Source: Horticoccus luteus
GTDB taxonomy: Bacteria > Verrucomicrobiota > Verrucomicrobiia > Opitutales > Opitutaceae
Assembly (NCBI RefSeq): GCF_019464535.1
Contig: NZ_CP080507.1
Coordinates: forward strand, 1,470,001-1,502,000
DNA: 32,000 nt
Direction of reading: 5' to 3'
Shown: piece after piece, positions 8,845 through 15,019 of the stretch
Layout: each line of letters opens with the position of its first letter
Numbering within the stretch: the first letter of the stretch is position 1
Made by a program: the position numbers and the translations under genes
The notes under the pieces: generated by a model
Databases searched by the model: none
Told to the model about the DNA's origin: nothing
What the model saw: only the letters and a program-made list of their open reading frames with translations

Positions 8845-8973
8845 AATTACATCCTTAGTCCCCGACCGGAGCCCGCGACAGCTTTCCATGATGGGTCAGG
8901 ATAGGATCAAGGCCTTGTAGTTCATCGGCGGACGTAAACACACTGAGTTATCGCAAACAGGAAAATAAGCTTC

Positions 8974-9381
8974 ATGACCAAATTACTCGGCATTCTAACG
9001 CTCGCCTTCACGGCCATGGCTTATGCTGGAGACGCCAGCAATTCACCCGCGGTCGCGGCGAACTTGACGGCGGGCGCGCAAGCGGCCAACACCGCGCTCG
9101 CCCAGGCGGGCACGCTCCAAGCCAAGGACGAAGCGAAGACCAGGCGGGCGGGAACGCGTATGGCTTATGAGCGAGCGGCGGCGGCCGAGCAGGCGTTTCG
9201 CCGCGAGCAGTTCGCGCAACTGGCCAAGACCACCAATCCGGAAAAGCGCGCGGCACTGATGGCCGCGATCGAGGCACGCTGGACGGCGCGGCAGAGCGAA
9301 TTGGCGGCGATGAAAGCGGATGCCGAGGCAGAGCAGCCGGCACCGGCGGTGGTTACGAAGCCGGAAAAGAGCGTGTGGTAG
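8974..9381 (+). CDS. Secreted Ala-rich helical protein, 135 aa (paralog 1)
   Basis: Signal peptide MTKLLGILTLAFTAMAYA|GD followed by low-complexity A/E/K/R/Q helical sequence. An intact paralog lies at 11596-12003. Confidence 0.6.
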   Translation: MTKLLGILTLAFTAMAYAGDASNSPAVAANLTAGAQAANTALAQAGTLQAKDEAKTRRAGTRMAYERAAAAEQAFRREQFAQLAKTTNPEKRAALMAAIEARWTARQSELAAMKADAEAEQPAPAVVTKPEKSVW

Positions 9382-10468
9382 GCGAAGTTGCTGCTCCAAT
9401 TCTTGCGTGAAAACTTCTGTCTCTCGCTATGGGCTGTTCGATGGGCCGGGGCAATTGACCACGACTACTCAATTTCCCACCGGCGGGCCGTCGATCTGGT
9501 TCAATTACGACTACGACTTGGACGGGCAGCGAACAGCCAGTGGCACGGCGGCCGGAACATGGGTGGGGCGAGCTTACAACAGCCGGCACGAAGTGAAGGA
9601 AGTGCAACAGCGGGGCGGGGTGCCGATCCTGTGGGTAGGAGATACGCGCAACCTTGCCGGCGAGCCGACGACGATCACTAATTACGCCGGGGTGCGCGAC
9701 GATCTGGCGTACGACGGCGCCGGCCGGCGAACCTACCGGCAGACCATTCGCAACAGTGGCAGCGTGAACCTGTTACTGCGCCGCTACGGCTATAATCTTC
9801 GCGATGCGCAGGTCTGGACGACGCGGGACGACGGCTACGGCGACACCTACGAATATTTTCCGGATTTGCAGCTCAACCGCTACCGCTACAGCGTTTGGCG
9901 GCCTGACCTGAACTTCTGGAATCCCGCGGGTTGGACCGATACCTTTGCTTATGATCAGGCAGGCAATCGCACGGCCTTGAACGAAAACGGGGCGGTCACC
10001 AGCTATAGCGCCAATGCTCTGAATCAATACACCTCGATTACCGGGTTGGCGGTGAACCACGCGGACGGACGGGGAAATCTGACGCAGCTAGGTGGGTGGA
10101 CCTACGTCTACGACGCCGACAACCGGCTCAAGCAGGCGAGCACGACGGGCAATACGATGGAATTCTTCTACGATCCGGAAGGTCGACTCACGCGGGTCAA
10201 CCGCAACGGCATTCCAGAGTATCGCTATTATGATTGGGGGCAGTGCTTCCTGCGGACGCAGGCAGACGGGACGTGGATCGATTTCATGATTTGGGGGCCG
10301 ACGCCGGACGAGCTGACTTCGCGGTGGGACGCGGCGCACGGCGGCTGGATGTTTTTCCATCACACGCCGGTCAACAGTCCCGATCTGGCGACGGATATTG
10401 GCGGCAACGTGGTGGAACGCTATCTCTACGACCCCTTCGGCGCGCCCGACATCCGCGATCTAAGGTGA
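9320..10468 (+). CDS. YD/RHS-repeat protein fragment truncated inside the RHS repeat-associated core, with no toxin domain (possibly a pseudogene)
   Basis: Repeated YD motifs: FNYDYDLDGQRT, LAYDGAGRRT, FAYDQAGNRT, YVYDADNRLKQA, FFYDPEGRLTRV. The terminal FFHHTPVNSPDLATDIGGNVVERYLYDPFGAP matches the start of the RHS-associated core, then a stop follows 8 codons later. The start is uncertain: either the ATG at 9320, which overlaps the upstream gene by 62 nt, or an in-frame GTG at 9407. Confidence 0.7.
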   Translation: MPRQSSRHRRWLRSRKRACGRRSCCSNSCVKTSVSRYGLFDGPGQLTTTTQFPTGGPSIWFNYDYDLDGQRTASGTAAGTWVGRAYNSRHEVKEVQQRGGVPILWVGDTRNLAGEPTTITNYAGVRDDLAYDGAGRRTYRQTIRNSGSVNLLLRRYGYNLRDAQVWTTRDDGYGDTYEYFPDLQLNRYRYSVWRPDLNFWNPAGWTDTFAYDQAGNRTALNENGAVTSYSANALNQYTSITGLAVNHADGRGNLTQLGGWTYVYDADNRLKQASTTGNTMEFFYDPEGRLTRVNRNGIPEYRYYDWGQCFLRTQADGTWIDFMIWGPTPDELTSRWDAAHGGWMFFHHTPVNSPDLATDIGGNVVERYLYDPFGAPDIRDLR

Positions 10469-10508
10469 TCAAGTTACGGCGAATGCGTCAATCTCCAAGC
10501 AAAATTAA

Positions 10509-11246
10509 ATGAAGACGAGAGACCATGCTCTGATCAAATTGATCAATTTGTTTGTTCTTTATATAATATTGGTGGGGCTCTTAATGGCGAATTGCTGGGG
10601 CGCGCAAGAAAATGACACAAATCGATATCACGCATTGGTTAGGGATAAGAAATTCGACGAGGCATTGATATTCGTGTCCGGCATATTGCATGATGAATCC
10701 GCGGATAGATCAACGTGGTTGAGGCGTGAAGGTTACGTCTTAGCTTTGCAAGGACAGCTAGCTCCTGCGGTTACCGCCCTCCAGGAAGCGTTCTCGGTAA
10801 ATCACGATATAGAAGGCGTTCCGGCATTGGTCTGGGCTCTGATCGCCACGGGTCGAGCGGTGGAAGTGGACGATCTACTGAAGGAGATAAAGTCGTATGA
10901 TCGTGATACGCGTAAAATTTTGCTGGCTTATTGTTTAGTAAGGGCTGATCGGGCGAAAATCCTTTTTGAGCAAATTGTGAGCAATATGACGAAAGAGGAG
11001 CTGATGGAATCTCCAGAGTTAATGCGGCTAATCGCACTATGGAGGTTAAAAATAGAGCACAAAAGCGAGTACAAGGAATTAATCTGCCGGGATGACAGTG
11101 CCAGTAATAATATAGAAATGTATGGTACCGAAAAGGCAATACGCGTGTATAATGTTGATGGGGTTGGTGAAGTGACCGTGGTTGCTTGGTTTGCGGCGGG
11201 GGTTGATGGAGAAACGGTCACGTTTGATTTAACGATACGGATGTGA
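10509..11246 (+). CDS. AT-rich orphan protein (245 aa) with an N-terminal TM/signal segment and helical-repeat (TPR-like) body
   Basis: The N-terminus KLINLFVLYIILVGLLMANCWG is hydrophobic. The body has alternating amphipathic helices (FDEALIFVSGIL, LAPAVTALQEAF). It sits in a low-GC block that begins immediately after the YD-repeat stop. Confidence 0.55.
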   Translation: MKTRDHALIKLINLFVLYIILVGLLMANCWGAQENDTNRYHALVRDKKFDEALIFVSGILHDESADRSTWLRREGYVLALQGQLAPAVTALQEAFSVNHDIEGVPALVWALIATGRAVEVDDLLKEIKSYDRDTRKILLAYCLVRADRAKILFEQIVSNMTKEELMESPELMRLIALWRLKIEHKSEYKELICRDDSASNNIEMYGTEKAIRVYNVDGVGEVTVVAWFAAGVDGETVTFDLTIRM

Positions 11247-11452
11247 CAGTTCGGTTAATAGTCGCAATGGGATGGCATTCACAATCTTCGGTAAAATTAC
11301 AAAATAGTCTAAGTAATGAACATACGGGAATCTATGAATGGGTCGATTATCACTTCACTATTCGCATTCACCGAGAACCCCGATAAAACCACACATTCTT
11401 GACTATTGACGATTCTTGAGGGTCGACGTTAGTTCCAGCGGGACGGCCCCGC

Positions 11453-11466
11453 CAAACGCACGTTTG
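11453..11466. promoter_or_regulatory. Second copy of the leader palindrome CAAACGCACGTTTG
   Basis: Identical to 8831-8844, although substitutions occur immediately upstream (GTC versus GCC). Confidence 0.3.
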
Positions 11467-11595
11467 AATTACATCCTTAGTCCCCGACCGGAGCCCGCAA
11501 CAGCTTTCCATGATGGGTCAGGATAGGATCAAGGCCTTGTAGTTCATCGGCGGACGTAAAACACACTGAGTTATCGCAAACAGGAAATAGGCTTC

Positions 11596-12003
11596 ATGAC
11601 CAAATCACTCGGCATTCTAACGCTCGCCTTCACGGCCATGGCTTATGCTGGAGACGCCAGCAATTCACCCGCGGTCGCGGCGAACTTGACGGCGGCCGCG
11701 CAAGCGGCCAACACCGCGCTCGCACAGGCGGGCACGCTCCAAGCCAAGGACGAAGCGAAGACCGCGCGGGCGGCAACGCGTATGGCGTATGAGCGAGCGG
11801 CGGCAGCCGAGCAGGCGTTTCGCCGCGAGCAGTTCGCGCAACTGGCCAAGACCACCGATCCGGAAAAGCGCGCGGCACTTATTGCCGCGATCGAGGCACG
11901 CTGGACGGCGCGGCAGAGCGAATTGGCGGCGATGAAAGTGGATGCCGAGGCAGAGGAGCCGGCACCGGCGGTGGTTACGAAGCCGGAAAAGAGCGTGTGG
12001 TAG
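11596..12003 (+). CDS. Secreted Ala-rich helical protein, 135 aa (paralog 2)
   Basis: Same length and signal peptide as 8974-9381. It differs at 12 codons: 8 amino-acid changes and 4 silent changes. Confidence 0.6.
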   Translation: MTKSLGILTLAFTAMAYAGDASNSPAVAANLTAAAQAANTALAQAGTLQAKDEAKTARAATRMAYERAAAAEQAFRREQFAQLAKTTDPEKRAALIAAIEARWTARQSELAAMKVDAEAEEPAPAVVTKPEKSVW

Positions 12004-12268
12004 GCGAAGCTGCTGCAATTCTTGCGTGAAGACTTCTGTCCGTCGCTATGGGCTGTTCGATGGGCCGGGGCAATTAACCACGACGACCCAATCGCCTCGG
12101 GGCGTCGGTGCGTTGCGCGGAGGCCGCTCGATATACGCGCTCATCGCTGGGACGTTTGGTGACAAATGCGCTCAGGATTTTCCGAGGGGTAATGCGCCGT
12201 CGCGCGCTCGCAGCAGGGCGGAATTGATCGTTAATCGGGTAGAATCCAGGCGATTGAGGGACTGTTGA
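11942..12268 (+). pseudogene. Remnant 5' end of the YD-repeat ORF (homology lost after ~50 codons, no YD repeats downstream)
   Basis: ...CVKTSVRRYGLFDGPGQLTTTTQ matches copy 1. The sequence then diverges into non-YD sequence that overlaps the 3' end of the convergent amidase gene. Confidence 0.45.
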
Positions 12269-13469
12269 TGGCGGGGACAATGATTTGCAGGCCGGTGGAG
12301 AGACCAGATGGAAGCTGGACCGGGACCGTGAGGACCGGGAGACCGGCGAGGCTGGCCGGGGCGGTCAGGGCGAGGATGCGTTCGCGATTGGCTTGAGTGC
12401 AGTCTGACTTCAGCAACGCGGCACAGGGTGAAGCGGGGAGAACAAGAAAGTCCCAAGCGGCAAAAAAGCCGGACCAGAAAGCCCGGGTGCGCCCTAGAAT
12501 GTCGGCTGCCTGGCGTTGTTGGTCGGCGGTGAGGCGGCGGGCGAATGTGAGGCGATGCCAGACCGATGGATCGTAGCGCTCGCGGTAGCGATCGGCCCAG
12601 ACGGAATGATAACGCCAGGCGTCGGTGCCCGTGATTACGCCGTAGGCTTGGGCCGTCGGGGCGAAGGCGGCGAAGGCGGCGGATGCCGTGTCGGCATCGG
12701 CGGGAGTCGCGAGGCGCTCAGCGGCGGCGAGGCAGGCTGCGGCGACGTCAGGATCGAGACCCGCAGGCACGACGAAACAGCCGCGGGGTTCGCGCTGGGG
12801 GGAGGCGAGGCCGATCAAGGCGCGGAGACTGGTGCGCATATCGGCGGCGGTCGCGGTGAACCAGCCGGCGGCATCGAAGGTGGGCGAGAGCGGCACGGCG
12901 TCGGCGATCCACGGTTCGCGCGGCGCGCAGCGGATGCCCCACAGCCCGCAGAACGCCGCGGGCAGGCGCACGCTGCCGCCGGTGTCGCTGGCGAGGGCGA
13001 GCGGCACGATGCCGGCGGCGACGGCGGCGGCGGAACCGCTGCTCGAACCGCCGGAAACGCGCCCGGGAAATCCGGGGCGTTCGCAGTCGCCGAAATGCGC
13101 GTTCTCGCCGGTGATGCCGTAGGCGAATTCGTGCATCTGGGTTTTTCCCGCCGGCACCGCGCCGGCTTGGCGGAGGGCAGTGACAAAGGCGCCATCGGCG
13201 GGGGGCGTGGGTCGTACGTCCGGCAGAAACGTGGAGCCGGCGAAGGTGGGCACGCCGGCGAGATCGAAAAGATCCTTGATGGCGAACGGGACGCCGCCGA
13301 GAGGCAGCGAGCGGTCGGCGGAGGCGAACGCGTGGGTGAGCGCGGTCGCGGTGGGGACGAACCTGAAGACGGCGCGCTGCTGAGCCGGGGAGAGGCGTTC
13401 GCGGATGCGGCGGAGGACGGTTTGGGCGGCGTTCGCCGGAGAGAGGGCGCGCCAATCGTCGAAGGTCAT
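12231..13469 (-). CDS. Amidase-signature family enzyme (GatA-like amidase)
   Basis: Amidase signature GGSSSGSAAAVAAGIVPLALASDTGGSVRLPAAFCG and an upstream catalytic Lys context (FAIKDLFD). The ATG at 13469 (MTFDDW...) is preferred over the listed upstream start. Confidence 0.85.
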   Translation of the reverse strand: MTFDDWRALSPANAAQTVLRRIRERLSPAQQRAVFRFVPTATALTHAFASADRSLPLGGVPFAIKDLFDLAGVPTFAGSTFLPDVRPTPPADGAFVTALRQAGAVPAGKTQMHEFAYGITGENAHFGDCERPGFPGRVSGGSSSGSAAAVAAGIVPLALASDTGGSVRLPAAFCGLWGIRCAPREPWIADAVPLSPTFDAAGWFTATAADMRTSLRALIGLASPQREPRGCFVVPAGLDPDVAAACLAAAERLATPADADTASAAFAAFAPTAQAYGVITGTDAWRYHSVWADRYRERYDPSVWHRLTFARRLTADQQRQAADILGRTRAFWSGFFAAWDFLVLPASPCAALLKSDCTQANRERILALTAPASLAGLPVLTVPVQLPSGLSTGLQIIVPAINSPSIAWILPD

Positions 13470-13566
13470 GCGCGAGCTGTGGCGCGTTTTATCGGGCGAC
13501 GCAATCGTGCGTGGCGGGAGCGGAGATAGGATTGCAACGGCGCGCAATTGCGTCACCGGTGGAGGC

Positions 13567-14031
13567 ATGAATCCCGAAGCGAAAATAGCTGAACTTGGGT
13601 TGACTCTTCCGCCGCCGCCGGCCGCCGCTGGCAGCTACGTGCCGACCGTGCGAACGGGCAATCTGTTGTATTGTGCGGGGACGATTTGCGCGTTGAACGG
13701 GCAGATGACGCACATGGGTCAGGTGGGCGGTGGCGAGCAGACGGTCGCGACCGCGCAGAAGGCGGCGGAAGTCTGCGTGCTCAATACGCTGGCGAATATC
13801 AAGGCGGCGGTGGGTTCGCTGGACCAAGTGGCGCGCATCGTATTTGTGAGCGGATTCGTGAATGCGGTGGATGGGTTCAGCGACAGTTCGGCGGTGATCA
13901 ACGGGGCGAGCGATTTGCTGGTGAAAATTTTTGGCGAAGCGGGCAAGCACGCACGGGCGGCGGTGGCGGTAAACGGCCTGCCGCGCGGCTCCACGGTGGA
14001 GGTGCAGATCGTGGCGGAGTTGAAGGGCTGA
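13567..14031 (+). CDS. RidA/YjgF/UK114-family protein (reactive intermediate/imine deaminase-like)
   Basis: LYCAGTICALNG..., ARIVFVSGFVN..., ARAAVAVNGLPRGSTVEVQIVAEL are typical of the family. The ATG at 13567 lies within the longer listed ORF. Confidence 0.8.
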   Translation: MNPEAKIAELGLTLPPPPAAAGSYVPTVRTGNLLYCAGTICALNGQMTHMGQVGGGEQTVATAQKAAEVCVLNTLANIKAAVGSLDQVARIVFVSGFVNAVDGFSDSSAVINGASDLLVKIFGEAGKHARAAVAVNGLPRGSTVEVQIVAELKG

Positions 14032-14159
14032 GTGTGGGCCGCTAAAACCCGCAGCATCGCACGGCCGGAAACTAACGAGCGGCAACACCAACGCGCGCGC
14101 GGCGCACTTGTCTGGGCCCACGAGCAGGCACGCCACAACGCGATCCGCCATCACTTAAA

Positions 14160-14783
14160 GTGAACGACGCGAGAGACGCTCCGAGAAGGGACTTCGTAGC
14201 GGTTTTCGATGCGGATGGGGTGTTTTTGCGAACGACCCAGCCGGCGAATTTTCTGGAGAACCGTTACGGTCTGACGCCTGAGAGGAGCGCGGCGTTCTAC
14301 AAAGCGATGGTGCCGTGCCTGACCGGAGACGCCGATATGGCGGCTTTACTGCCAGACTTTTTGCGGGAGTGGAAGAGCCCGGAGTCGGTGGATGAATTTC
14401 TCGAGGGCGCGTTCGGCTCAGGAACGGAGATCGTGCCCGAAGTAGCGGACGTCGTTGCGGACCTAAGAACGCAAGGCGTGATCTGTTGCCTCGCTACGAA
14501 CCAAGACAAACGCCGCATGGCTTATCTGGAGCGGATGAACCTCCGGACGCATTTTGATGCGGTGTTTGTTTCCTGCGAGATGGGAGTCAAAAAGCCGGAC
14601 CTCGCGTTTTATGAAAAGGTGGGAGAGCGGTTTGCCGGCCGCACCTTGGCGTTTTGGGATGATCGATCGGAGAATGTAATCGCAGCCAATAAAAGCGGCT
14701 GGACGTCCTTTGAATTTACGGGCGTAGCGAGTTTGCGCGGGGACCTTGCGCGACTGATGACGGGGCGCGGACGCGGATCGTGA
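14160..14783 (+). CDS. HAD-superfamily hydrolase (subfamily IA-like)
   Basis: Motif I VAVFDADGVF, motif II CCLATNQ, motif III K (GVKKPD) and motif IV FWDDRSENV. GTG start. Confidence 0.75.
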   Translation: MNDARDAPRRDFVAVFDADGVFLRTTQPANFLENRYGLTPERSAAFYKAMVPCLTGDADMAALLPDFLREWKSPESVDEFLEGAFGSGTEIVPEVADVVADLRTQGVICCLATNQDKRRMAYLERMNLRTHFDAVFVSCEMGVKKPDLAFYEKVGERFAGRTLAFWDDRSENVIAANKSGWTSFEFTGVASLRGDLARLMTGRGRGS

Positions 14784-15019
14784 AACCTGGCGTGTAAACG
14801 ATCGATCGGTTTGCTCACGCTGGGCGCTGGGCGGCGTGGCGATCATGCGCTGATGGAGCTGCCGGTCGTCGCAAGTGAAACTCGCGGAAAGTCGTGGCGG
14901 CTTGAGCGGTGTGGCGGTGGCGATCGGCGTGCGAAGCAGCGCGGAGGGTTGGAGCCGGTGCGGCGAATTCTATTTCCCTCGCGGTGATTTCGCGCAGGCT
15001 CGGCGCAGCAAAGTTACCC

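Larger units (their letters stand above)
8754..9473 (+). repeat. Direct repeat copy 1 (~720 bp): leader, 135-aa ORF and the 5' end of the YD-repeat ORF
   Basis: Aligned by eye to 11374-12092. It is near-identical, with scattered substitutions, two 1-nt indels in the leader and one 3-nt indel after the 135-aa stop codon. Confidence 0.9.
11374..12092 (+). repeat. Direct repeat copy 2 (~719 bp)
   Basis: Near-identical to 8754-9473. Similarity decays after ...GGGCAATTAACCACGAC. Confidence 0.9.

Noticed and set aside
9320-9381. A programmed frameshift fusing the 135-aa secreted protein to the YD-repeat ORF. The two frames overlap by 62 nt.
   Set aside because: I saw no slippery heptamer or obvious downstream structure. 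The overlap-frame peptide is Arg/Cys-rich, as is typical of off-frame high-GC sequence. The observation is kept only as an uncertain start site.
8754-12092. A diversity-generating retroelement (template/variable repeat pair) as an explanation for the two near-identical modules.
   Set aside because: The 13 coding differences are a mix of T>C, G>C, C>A, A>G, G>T, C>T and C>G changes with no bias to adenine positions in either copy. They are spread along the whole module, and no reverse transcriptase gene is present in the window.
14784-15019. The 236-nt GC-rich leader upstream of the OPT transporter as a possible riboswitch or attenuator.
   Set aside because: I could not identify a recognisable riboswitch core or a convincing terminator/antiterminator pair by eye. 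It would need an Infernal/Rfam scan, so it is not reported as a feature.
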